A DNA stretch of 64,000 bases from Coniocarpon cinnabarinum (lineage: Eukaryota), in contig JAVECO010000096.1 of NCBI GenBank assembly GCA_051942205.1, forward strand, positions 1 through 64,000, read 5' to 3'. How positions within the stretch are numbered: the first letter of the stretch is position 1; each line of letters opens with the position of its first letter. The notes below the pieces were generated by a model. It did not search any database. It worked only from the letters and a program-made list of their open reading frames with translations, and was not told the DNA's origin. The position numbers and the translations under genes were made by a program. Positions 37,421-48,787 of this stretch are shown in pieces.

Positions 37421-38606
37421 TCAAGCTAGTACCCCTTCAAGGTTCATACGCAGCATGTGCTCCTTCCCAACCCCAGCACCTTTATCTAAAACCCACCTGC
37501 AGAGACCCGACGCCGATCAGCGGTTCTGCCGCCAGACAGATGTTTGCATGCAGTGTTGAGACTTACACAATCGTTCGCCTTTCCTTCACCACGTTCTCCC
37601 TCGATTCACGATCCTTCTCGGCGTCCACAGTACTGTAGCCCGCTGGAAACTTTTTGACTGCTTCCCTTTGCAGCGCCAATCTACAGGTGATGAACTCTGC
37701 CCACATGCCAGGTAACAGCTGCCTTATGCCAGACCTGGCTCTAGGCCGAGGTGCTGGCAGGAGAGAGGGTCCCCATGTAGAAGCGATGATTGGACACGAG
37801 AATGCTGATTGAAACTTGCGAAGCACGCCAGTCAGGCTGGCATAGCCATCTTGTCGCAGCGAGCTGCTTGTCCCATCCTGCGAGGGTGAGTCGTATTTAG
37901 CTCTTTCCTGGGCAGACCGTTCATCCCAAAAGAAGCTTGTCAAACCATCTATGGCGAGAAGCTCTGCTGGTCGCGATGACGAGGAATGTTGAGAGAAACT
38001 GAACAGGTAAGTATGCAGAGATGCGATAGTGGCAGTCAAGCTTGCAAGGGTAGGAGGAAGGAGGACGTGAACATGCCGCAACGCATGCTCAATCATTGAA
38101 GTGATATCTTCGCCGGTTGTTTCTTGCGCATCGTGATTCTGGGACTTGATAGTGGAAGCTATGACATTTGCAAGGTGAATAACATCACACTTATCCTGGC
38201 AGTCGAGCAAGATAGCTGTGCCTCCTCTGCCTCCGGCCTTTACAGGAAGCACGGCGGTCGCGATAGCATCATACACCAATGCCGTTTTTCCTGCAGAAGG
38301 ATGCGTAGATGTTATCTCAATTACATGAGCTTTGTGAAGTCTCGATGTATCTTGTTGCGGTTCACGCATGTGTGTTAATGCATTTAGCTCGTTGATATTG
38401 AAGAGGTTCCCTGGTAAAACATCTTCACCTAGGGGTGCTGCTCGCGTTTCACTCAGTAGCTACAAGCCTGATCAGTTTCGTAATTGAATGCTCTCGACTG
38501 TCAGAATTGCATTGGCAGATTGAAAGGGCTGGCGTACTGCGCTGAGTTTACAAGTCTCAATTTGCTGCAAGAGACTTCTTCCGGCAGTTTTTGTTGCTGA
38601 CTCCAT
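37421..38606 (-). CDS. XRCC2-like Rad51 paralogue (RecA fold); exons 38606-38538, 38459-37567, 37496-37421
   Basis: Degenerate Walker A IEITSTHPSAGKT, ILLD, and Walker B LLAIDGLTSFFW typical of XRCC2-like proteins. Both introns are canonical and in frame. Confidence 0.75.
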
Positions 38607-38719
38607 CTCAAACGTGTGCACAAGGTCCTACACTGGATCCTCCGCCAACGAGGACGCCGAAGATAGCGACAGTTCACACGGCAAGCTACCAGTGAAATTG
38701 CGCCTGCGTCGACGTGGTC

Positions 38720-39146
38720 ATGACTTGGCAATCTGATGCTTTCCCGTCTTCTCAGATACCAGAGAAGGTCGTGCTGAACGATAAAGGGAGCCGTCGCAAA
38801 GACTTGCCTCGAGACTTCGACCTCAAGCGCGATTGTGCGCTCGAGCGGATGATGCAATACCGATGCGACCCGATTCCCATGAAAGACGCGAATGGTGAGG
38901 TGCGCAAAGGCCAGAACGGGTTGCCGATTCACCAGATTGAATGCGTCGAGGTCGAGCGACTCTTCAGACGGTGAGGCTGCCTGCATACACCGATAACCAC
39001 AAACGGTCACGAGGATTCATTTGCTAACGTCGTCTCTAAGATGTCGGACCCTACCTGCAAGCAATGAAGATGCAGGAAGGACGATCCTTATTGAAACAAC
39101 CGCATGGGAAGGAGAAGACGGGTCGCAGAGGGTCAAGAATGTATGA
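38720..39146 (+). CDS. SOM1: Mitochondrial inner-membrane peptidase subunit Som1; intron 38971-39040
   Basis: DLKRDCALERMMQYRC...CVEVERLFRRC...IETTAWE after splicing. Confidence 0.8.
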
Positions 39147-39250
39147 TTGTGCTGCTCAACAGACAGCAGTGGATGCGATGCAATGGCATAATATCGGGTA
39201 TCAAATTGCACAATCCTCCAACACCACGCTTGCAAGTCGAATTGACTGTT

Positions 39251-40297
39251 TCAAGACCATGAAGTCACCTCGCGGCCAGCGCTGCGCCAATTGTCCCTAT
39301 CCCAATTTACAACGGCACCGAATGCCATTTCGTCACCTCTATCCTCACTCGCTGCCCCCGGCATGTCCAGACTTTTTTCTACGGGGCTACCCAGGAAGAG
39401 CATCTCGTCTTCCTGCTGCAGACTCTCTCTGCCTTTGGCCCTGTCCTCTTGCAGAGTTGCGTCCATCGCTTCTTCAAAGGCATCGACGTTACGCGAACGC
39501 TTGCCGTTTAGATTGGTGTGCGACAGCCCGGCGCGCGTGCCTGGCCTGCTCCCAGCCTGACTTCCTGCACGACTGTCGGTTCGACTGCCAACCTTTTTTC
39601 TCGCGCCAACCAGCTTCCTCAGCGCCCGCTCTGCAAGCACTCCCTCTTCCGTCGCACGCTCCCTGACCTTTCTGGCGTCTACTTCCCGCGTACTCAGTGG
39701 TATCGGGGTCGACTTGTAAGTATGCGGAGGTGGGAAAGCTGGAAGATGTCGAGGTATCCAGCGGCGCCTCGCTTGATCGGCCATCCCACCAAGTTGTTTG
39801 GAGAGCTCAAGGGAGCCAGGGAACGTGAAATGGTGAGCCGTAGAAGTAGTGGCACGCGCCGGAAAGAGAGGAGGTTGTGCGACGCATCGCACGATGGAAG
39901 GTTTCGCTTCGCTCGTGAGACTGGCATCAGCAGCGAGAGAATCAAGGCGTATGCCGTCATGGCGAAGAGCAAAGTCGATGTCATGAGGATCTATTTTGTT
40001 CCTTCGACCGCTCTTCATGGACATATGGCTTAGGCGAGTCGCCCTCGTCAGATATTCGTCCAGCATATTGCACAAGCTCTCGAAAGCATCCTTGTTGACA
40101 GCGTCGAAGCCAGCATCTTGTAAGACAATCGCGATAGTGCGCTGTAGTAGAGCTTCTATTACTGCGGGATCTTGTGGATTGGCGGGGAGGAGAAGATCGC
40201 CCAGCTGACGATGGCGGGCTTTTGCGGGAGCGGAGACACGGAGACGTTTGACCGATGAGCCCATAAGATGATCAGGCTCATCAGCGGGGCGCTTCAT
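39251..40297 (-). CDS. TAF8: TFIID subunit 8 (bromodomain-associated histone fold plus TAF8_C)
   Basis: IAIVLQDAGFD..AFESL histone fold; WIPRHLPAFPPPHTYKSTP; RERATEEGVLAERALRKL. Confidence 0.88.
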   Translation of the reverse strand: MKRPADEPDHLMGSSVKRLRVSAPAKARHRQLGDLLLPANPQDPAVIEALLQRTIAIVLQDAGFDAVNKDAFESLCNMLDEYLTRATRLSHMSMKSGRRNKIDPHDIDFALRHDGIRLDSLAADASLTSEAKPSIVRCVAQPPLFPARATTSTAHHFTFPGSLELSKQLGGMADQARRRWIPRHLPAFPPPHTYKSTPIPLSTREVDARKVRERATEEGVLAERALRKLVGARKKVGSRTDSRAGSQAGSRPGTRAGLSHTNLNGKRSRNVDAFEEAMDATLQEDRAKGRESLQQEDEMLFLGSPVEKSLDMPGAASEDRGDEMAFGAVVNWDRDNWRSAGREVTSWS

Positions 40298-41731
40298 GGC
40301 TTGCGAAATATTAATGAAAGAATGCGCAAAGAACAATTCGAAACAGACTGAGCGTGTTTCAAGATCGACAATGAAGGATTATACCTTATTATTTAGGCTT
40401 CTCCGTAAGAGGATGGTCCGTGCGAACTTTATGATCGCTGAGAGCACCTAAGTATTAAAGCTCACTACGTCTCTACCCACACCTCCAGCCAATTCAGGCG
40501 CCGTTCAGCAAGATAAGCACTTGAAGACTCAGGGCTACGATCACACCGCTTCGGAAAAATCACGGTGCACCAAACCGCTATCACTACCACGACCATGCCT
40601 ATTGCGACGAAGATTAAGCCAATTACGGGGGTGAGCTATTCGGTGCTTTGGCTCCAGTGCCCTGCATGCTCACTTTCTCGTAGATGTGGAAACGCAGTGT
40701 GGTAGTTGACATCAGTTGCGCGCTCGGTACGATCTTGCACACATCTCGTTCCCTTTCTCGATTTCCTCTTCGCAATCCTTCGACGAACTTCAATATAGGC
40801 CAGAGTGGCCAACTTGCGCTCTTATTCTAACTCTGGCTACGGTTAGGTCTTGGAACTGCAGCTGGCTACTTCTTTTGGTACGGCTACCATGTTCCTGCCG
40901 TGCGACATCGAGATCGTGTATATGCAAAGATAGAGGACGAACGGATGCAAGCTATGGGTCAAAATCCAGCATATCCTGGACAATGAAGAGGCGCGGTCCG
41001 TACTACATTAGCAAATTGGCATATTAAGAAGGCAGACTCGCGTCTATTGCTGTGAGACAGAATCAAGGCTCCCATGGGACATTGCAAAAGCAAAGACAGA
41101 CAGCTAAATGAACATGATTAGAAAACAGAAAGATCCCGAGGGTTTTTGAATGTTGTACGGATGACAACATCAGAAAGACGGACCGAAGATGTTTAATCGT
41201 TCAACAAGTATTGTGCGATTTTCAATCAACAGTTGCCCAACAATTCATTGCCACGTTTCGCTCAGAGACTCAAAAGCACTGGGAACGTGTTACTGGCCAT
41301 GACCGTGTTGTCTTGCTTCTAAGTATACATATAATCCGGCTTCAAGTTGCATGCTTTTGGCTTGCAAGCTTCTTGCTGAGGTGCTCACGCGCCTAAGTGG
41401 ATGGATAAAAAGAGCATGTCTACCTATTATTTTTTGCATTCCTTAACTACGATCACAGCATCAATGACCTCATCATTACACGTCAAGCAAGATGAGACGA
41501 AGAGAGTCGTGATCCTGGGGCCCGTCATTGTCTAAGCATTCTCAACAATCAGCAGGTGAAATGATGCTGACGTATAAAGTGTTGACACGGTGCCAAAAAC
41601 GCGCACTACACTTCCGTAGTCGTTTGTAACGGAGACGCTCCACTGCGTCCTCTTTGCGTCCCCCTCGTTGCTCGCATCGACTGAACTTCAAGCGTGCTTA
41701 GAAACACCCTGCTCGTTGAAAGTTTCCCAGC

Positions 41732-43832
41732 ATGTCTGATTTGCAGCTTGATGCAGAAAGCAAACTTCGCTTGTCTAACGACTACTGTTCACTAGCGCGA
41801 ACATCTTTGCAATCAGATACTAATATTAAGGACAGCAGTGAGGAGTGGAAACCGACCAAAAAATTCTACATTAGTTTCGGCATACTGTGCTTTGCATTTC
41901 TGCTCTCAGCTTTTGAATCAAGCGTGGTCGGCAATGTCTTGCCCAGCGTTGCAAGCAGTCTCAACTTGGGCAACGCATACATTTGGTGCTCTGTGGCCTT
42001 CTTGCTCTCCAGTGCAATTGCACAGCCGTTTATCGCTCAATTACAAGACGTAGTTGGCCGCAAGGTGCCGATGCTTGTGTCTGTGCTCATTTTCGCACTT
42101 GGCAGTATCTGCTGCGGTGCTGCTAATGGGAAAGCTGTTCTCATCCTTGGGCGTGTCGTCCAAGGAATAGGAACGTCTGGTATTGATATGATCGGCGAGA
42201 CTATCATCGGAGACCTTGTCCCACTTCGTTTCCGACCGAAATGGGGGGGAATCAAGCAGGGCGTTTTCGCTTTCGGAACCCTTCTAGGACCGCTTCTTGG
42301 TGGAACACTGACCGCCCACGCCAGTTGGCGTTGGGTTTTCTACATGAATGTCCCATTGTGTGTTATAGTCGGAGTCTTGATTGGACTGGTGGTGAAGCTC
42401 AATCAACCACACGAGCGTGATCTCAAATCACGTCTGAAGAGGATGAAGGCGATGGATTTTCCTGGAATAACAGCGCTTGCACTCACACTGATCTTCGGTA
42501 CCACAAGCCTGAGCAGTGAACGACCTTTGAGTAAGTTTCACCACTCGCAAAACAGTGGTTGTTCCTCACTGAACGCATTCACTGATGAGACCAGGAAACC
42601 CCTTATCTCAAGCGCTTTTTGCCGCAATGCTCATGGGCCTTACCAGCGTCATCGCATGGCAAATATTTGCAGGTCGATCTGAAAAACATCGAGAGGTCTT
42701 ATTCATGCCACCACGGCTGTTCAAGCATTTGCGTACCTCGGTCATTGGGCTCTTCAACATCTTCATCTGGGGAGGCGTGGTATACGGCACGCAGCTCATC
42801 CTGCCAATCCATCTGCAAGCTATAAAGGGTGATGATCCAATGAAGAGTGGGTACGAAATGTTGCCGATTACAGCGGCTCTGGTGATATTCTCCAGCGGCT
42901 CTGGATATGCCTTATCTCGGGTGGGAAATCGCAAAGGGGCTTACAAGTGGATGCAAGTGGTTGGGATGGCTCTAATGACGGCTGGCACATCCGGCATGAC
43001 GGTTTTGGACGAGCGCAGTCCCAAGGAATTATTGTTTGCATCAATGGTAAGCCTCGAATTTTCACTACCTGGATGGTTCAAGGCTGTTGCGGTCAAGACC
43101 ATCTGGAAACGCCGCCGATCCAAACTGAACACTGACCAAGTCATAGGTTTTGGCTGCGGTAGGCAGTGGCTCCTGTGTGCCGACCTTCCTACCAAGCATA
43201 TTAGTCGAATTGGAGGATGCCGACAATGCGACAGCAACAGGCAATTGGGCGTTTTTCAGAACAGTCGGGTCTGTGATTGGATGCCTTCTACCCGCCATCT
43301 GTCTCAATGTCAGGGTGGAAGACGGTGCAAAGGGACTCAACGATGAGGGTGCACGTGAGAGACTTCTCCAGAAAGGCTTGTGGAATCTGGCGAGCGCCAA
43401 GTTCCTTCAAGAGCTTCCGCTTGAAGATCAAGCTTTGGTCAAAACGTTGTTTACAGCTGGCTTGAGGTAGGTGAACAAGTCTTCATACCTCCCTCGCAGG
43501 GTGAAACAGCGGCCAGTGCACTCGCAAACGAGCCAGCTGAGCGCGGAAGCGGCTCGGCTTGGGTCCTGGCTCTGTAGAGAGCCTCCCACAAGCTCGGAGC
43601 AGGGCTCGGCTGTTGCTCGTGCTTATGGTCTGCAAACAAGTAGCATGCTGACAATTCGACTGACAGGACGACTTTCATCATCTTCGCGGCTGCGTCCGGA
43701 CTCGCAACACTCGTAGCGATTGCGTTCAAGGCGTTGCCCATGCGCGAAGGGCTAGACACGGCGTTCGGCCTACAAGAGGCGGCCAAGGAGGACACGCTGT
43801 CCAAAGAGGAGGAAGGCGAAGCGGGAGCCTGA
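41732..43832 (+). CDS. MFS DHA2-type (14-TM) drug/metabolite efflux transporter; introns 42531-42594, 43047-43146, 43467-43666
   Basis: DVVGRK motif A, LILGRVVQGIG, IIGDLVPLRFR, GPLLGG, WRWVFYMNVP, FFRTVG. Confidence 0.88.
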
Positions 43833-44402
43833 TGGCTGTCGATGCATTTGAAACGTCACGTTCCTTTGGCTGGGGCTGGAAACATTCAGTCGGTATGCGT
43901 CGCGTTTCGTTGATTGACCTGGTGTGCATTGGCGTTGCCTCCCTGTTAGGTGGATTGCGGTCGTGCGTGGGCACCAGAGTTGGCCGCAGGCACGTGACTT
44001 GGCCCAGTTCTTCATGGAGGTAATTTTGCTTCGCTCGCCTCGTTCTCTATTCTCGTCCTTCTGGCCCTTGCAGGCGCGGCCGGTTCGTGTTGAGGAAACA
44101 CCACTGGCGTCCTAATCGAGGAGGTGCTTTCTGTGCGCGGTTGCTTGCAAAGTGTTCTTCTGAGCAGGAGCGTTGGCTGCTCCCTTTGCTGTTATGACAT
44201 TCATCACTTCGATGGACCCCACCATCTCCTTTCTTCCTTGTGTACTCCCAGCCATTCCTCTCGTCTAATCCCCTGAGTCTATTATCGCTCTCACGCAGCC
44301 GTCCTCTCGATTTCCTTTTGTTTCTTTACGTACGCTGGTTGTCTCCGAGCATTTGTAGAGCCCGGGCTTGTCCTTTCTCAACATATTCGTGTTCTGTCGA
44401 GC

Positions 44403-46796
44403 ATGAGCTCCTCGGAAGACCATTCCTTCGATAAATATGAGCTTCTGAGAACAGGAGTTCCGCGTCTGCCGAACGACTCGGCCGCCGTGCGCAAAGATGT
44501 CAAACAGCGTACCCAGTCCCAAGTTAACTCATTCGTGGGCTCAAGCGACCCGGTAGCAGGGCAGGACAGCCTCCATCGCCGTCGCTTGAGTGCTGATACT
44601 GTAGATCAGCAGTCTAGATTGCTGCTGATTCCTGTTGATGAGACCCTGGATGAACTGTTGGCCACGGAGGACAGCAACAAACATTTCCAGATAACCATTG
44701 AGGACACAGGACCAAAGGTAAGCATGCTTGCGGTGTTCCGCAAATACAGCTTCCTCTGATCTTTTACTCAGGTTCTCACCGTCGGCACTCTTGGCTCCGA
44801 GGGCTTTCGCAAGGTTGACATCCGTGGCACCTACGTCTTGGCCAGCTTGCTGCAGGAACTTACCCTTGCGAAAGACAGTGGGAAGAAAGAGATCATCATC
44901 GAAGAGTCTCTACTTCACGAGAACCCTGTGGACCGCATCAATAGGTTCATCCGTGACATCTTCTGGCCGAACCTGACACGATGCATCGACGGCGCCAACA
45001 TCGAGATGGTGGCGAAGGACAGCAAAGATTGGACCGCAGACCCCCGACCCCGAGTCTACGTCCCGCCACGTGCCACAGACCAGCTTGAATACTACCGCCG
45101 CATTGCCAAAGAACACCCGGAGATCCGCTTGGATGTTCAGGTGCTGAATGAAAAAATTACACCAGAATGTATACGAGATCTCAATGCTGCACCAGGACTG
45201 CTGGCTATCGCTATGGACAAATACATTGACAAGCATGGTCAGGCACAGCTGAAAGGGAAGCCATTCATCGTTCCTGGCGGTCGCTTCAACGAACTGTATG
45301 GATGGGACAGCTACATGACCTCTCTTGGTTTACTCCTCCATGATCGAGTGGATCTGTGCAAGTCTATGGTCGAAAACTTTACGTTTTGCATTGAGCATTA
45401 CGGCAAAATCCTGAATGCGAACCGCACTTACTACTTAGGTAGATCACAGCCACCCTTTCTCACTGACATGACGCTTCGCGTTTACGACCGGATTAAACAA
45501 GAGTCAGGCGCGAAGGATTTCCTGCGTGGCGGCATCCTGGCCGCGATCAAAGAGTACCACACCATCTGGATGGGCAACCCAAGATTGGATCCTAAGTCAG
45601 GATTGTCAAGGTACCGTCCGGAGGGAATAGGAGTCCCTCCAGAGACCGAAGCCTCTCACTTCCTCCACGTCCTGACTCCATATGCTGAGAAGCATGGCAT
45701 ATCTTTCGAGGAATTTGTCCACAAGTACAACACCCAGGAGATCAAGGAGCCAGAGCTTGACGTGTATTTCTTGCATGACAGAGCTGTGCGTGAGTCGGGA
45801 CATGACACCACCTACCGACTTGAGAAGGTTGCTGCAGACACGGCGACAGTTGATCTGAATTCATGCTTGTACAAGATTGAGTGTGACATCGCCAGAGTCA
45901 TCCATCACGAGTTTGGCGGTCAGCTCTCCGTTCCCCCAGAATTTCAAGCTTTCGGCGCCAAAGAAACCGTCGTCGAAACGGCTGCGGCTTGGGACCGCCG
46001 CGCAAAGAAGCGTCGTCTTGCCATGGACAAGCACATGTGGGACGAAGAAGCTGGGATGTATTTTGACTACAACACTGTCAAAGAGAAGGTCACTGGGTAC
46101 GAAAGTGCTACAACTTTCTGGGCGTTGTGGGCGGGCGTTGCAACCCCTCGTCAAGCCGCTGCCATGGTCATCAAAGCGTTGCCCAAGTTCGAAGAGCTCG
46201 GCGGTCTGGCTTCAGGGACGGAGAAGTCTCGTGGCAAGGTCGACCTCCATCGGCCCAGTCGTCAGTGGGATTATCCTTATGGATGGGCGCCGCAACAAAT
46301 CCTGGCCTGGACGGGCCTGGAGCGATACGGCTTCTCCGAAGAAGCGCAACGTCTGGCATACAAATGGCTCTACATGTGTATCAAAGCCTTTGTTGACTTC
46401 AATGGCATCGTCACGGAAAAATACGATGTCACACGCCCCAAAGATGCCTGGCGCGTGACTGCTGAGTATGGCAACCAAGGTGCTGATGTTCGTGGTATTC
46501 CTCGCGAAGGGTTTGGCTGGGTCAATTCCAGCATTGTTCTCGGTCTGGACTTGGTCAACACGCATATGCGACGCTCATTGGCATTGTTGACGCCGTGGGA
46601 GGTCTTTGAGGAAGCTACCAAAGACTTGTCCGTCGACGGCTACGGCCTGGAGATGATGGAGATGAAGCGTCTGGGCGAGTCAAGGTCTATCGTGGGTCAT
46701 GAAGCCTTCACCTCTGGCCAGGCAATTCACCAAAAGAGTCCTGATCACCTCGAACGATCACACGCGGGTGGCGCGAATGCGAGTCCTCAGCACTAG
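44403..46796 (+). CDS. NTH1: Neutral trehalase (GH37); intron 44718-44771
   Basis: [69 protein letters not shown]. Confidence 0.96.
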
Positions 46797-47175
46797 GAGC
46801 ATGAGAAACTGCACAAGCGTGAGTCAAGCCCACGACGAGTCTGAGTCGAACTGTGCAGGTTTCAGGCAGACGTGCCTACGGTTAGCAAATGTATCGTTAG
46901 AGAATGTGCGTTCTGGAGCGTAAGAGGCATACGAATGTACTTCCCTAGTCAAATTGAAGACATCCACCACGAACGTCCACAGCTGAACCCATACTGGTTT
47001 TTTAAGCCGCTTGGCTATCACGTGTACATGCCACCTTGCAATTGATGGCCCGCGACCACAGTGCAGTGCAACATGGGGCGAAAAAAGGCAATTGTAAGAG
47101 GAAGTTTCATCAGTGGCAGATGCTCTGGGTGCTTTTGCATTCTGAAAGCATACCATAAGTAGACAACATTCACGA

Positions 47176-48234
47176 TTACGCTGCTGCAGGTTCAACAGGT
47201 TGGGGCAGCTCGCCCCGGTTTTCCCTCACTTCCCGCTCAAATTCCCGCTCCTCGTTGTACTTGAACTCGAAGAATCCTCGGTCAAAGTGATGCGCGCGCA
47301 CGTATCCGTCTTCTCCACCGCTGCAGTAGCCCTCGCCCTTGGGATGTATCGCCACCGTGTTCAGCGGCCCAAAGTGACCCCGTACTCTTCCCACTTCGTC
47401 CTCTAATATCTTGTGATATATTCGCGCCTCAAATCTGCCCTGCCGCGCCGCTGTGGTCGTAACGTCCATAGCTGCCTGTCCGCCTCCCAGGACAACGAAG
47501 GGTCTTGTTGGATGAATGGCGCCTGAATTGAGAGGCGTGTCGGTGACATACGTCTTCATGGTTTCCAGCGTGCTGGTGCGGTGGAGCTTTGCTGTCTTGT
47601 CCTTGCTGCTCGTGATGAAGTAGGTTCGATCTGCGGAAAATTGCAAGTCTGTAATGGATTCGGAATGAACGCCTGGCACGGAGTAGAGAGGTTCGCCGGT
47701 ACTACCGTCCCATTGGGAGATGGAGCCATCTTCGTGGCCGGCGATGATGGTGTGGCGGTAGGGTCCAAAGGCTGCAACGGTGGCTTTGGCGTCGGAGAGG
47801 GTGATGGTGAATTCGCGTTCGGTGGGTTGGTCGAGCCCTGATGCCAGAGAGTTGACCTTGTACACGACGATGCTTCCCAAGTGACCCATGCGCTTCTCCG
47901 TCACACCCAAGAGATATTCGCCCTCTGGACTAAATTCCACGCGCTTGATGGCCGTGGGAAACTCCCACGTGTGCACACATTTTCCCGTCTCGATCTCCCA
48001 AAGCTTGATGGTGTTATCAGCAGAGCCGGAAGCGAGCAGTGTCGTGTCAGGGTTAATTGAGGTAGTCCACAGAGCGCCCTGGTGTCCTTTGTATGTGCCT
48101 AAACGCTCGCCATTGTTGGAGTACCAGGCGCAGATGACGTGGTCTTTGCTAGTGGAAAAAATGAGGTCGCCATCTGGGTTGTAGCGAACTTGCGTGAGGG
48201 CACGCTCATGGCCTGATATGAGAATCGGACGCAT
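47176..48234 (-). CDS. TIF34: Translation initiation factor eIF3 subunit i (WD40)
   Basis: [57 protein letters not shown]. Confidence 0.96.
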   Translation of the reverse strand: MRPILISGHERALTQVRYNPDGDLIFSTSKDHVICAWYSNNGERLGTYKGHQGALWTTSINPDTTLLASGSADNTIKLWEIETGKCVHTWEFPTAIKRVEFSPEGEYLLGVTEKRMGHLGSIVVYKVNSLASGLDQPTEREFTITLSDAKATVAAFGPYRHTIIAGHEDGSISQWDGSTGEPLYSVPGVHSESITDLQFSADRTYFITSSKDKTAKLHRTSTLETMKTYVTDTPLNSGAIHPTRPFVVLGGGQAAMDVTTTAARQGRFEARIYHKILEDEVGRVRGHFGPLNTVAIHPKGEGYCSGGEDGYVRAHHFDRGFFEFKYNEEREFEREVRENRGELPQPVEPAAA

Positions 48235-48787
48235 GGCTGATTGTGCAAAATGCTGCGTGCGATCAACGCAGCCCGATGTGTGAGCCAAAGGCTCTCAGAA
48301 GTGGATTATGGTGGTAGCGGATCTTAGTGGGGTTAAGTATGGTGGTACGTCGAGAGGCACTGGATGCGAGAGAAGGGCGAATATTATGAGAGTGCCGGCG
48401 AGATGAGTCTGAATTTCGAATCGGAATAGGAACACCTAAGGCGGAGTGTCGAATAACAGTCACTGTCGACCAAAAAGTTGCAGGTGGGTGGCTGGTGAGC
48501 TTGTGGCGTAGAAAACCTGGGGAAATGTTTAAAAGTCACCTAACCTGCCAGAATTTGCGCCGTGCTCCGATCGCGGGGCACGACATCAAATTCTGGATCC
48601 CTGTGTGGTAGGGCTAAGGATGAGTTAATGGTGGTTGCGGCCACGGTGGTCTCTCACTCGTATAACGCGACTCGAAAGATTGCTCCTGGGCGGGTCTAAA
48701 CAAGCCGTAAGGCCACAACTGCAACCGAGGGACGATCAATTTTTGCCGCGTTGTGGCGGTCGGGGCTGCGTCATTGGAAGAAGAAGC

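Noticed and set aside
41732..43832. MFS transporter as a marker of a secondary-metabolite cluster
   Set aside because: No PKS, NRPS, terpene synthase or tailoring genes are nearby.
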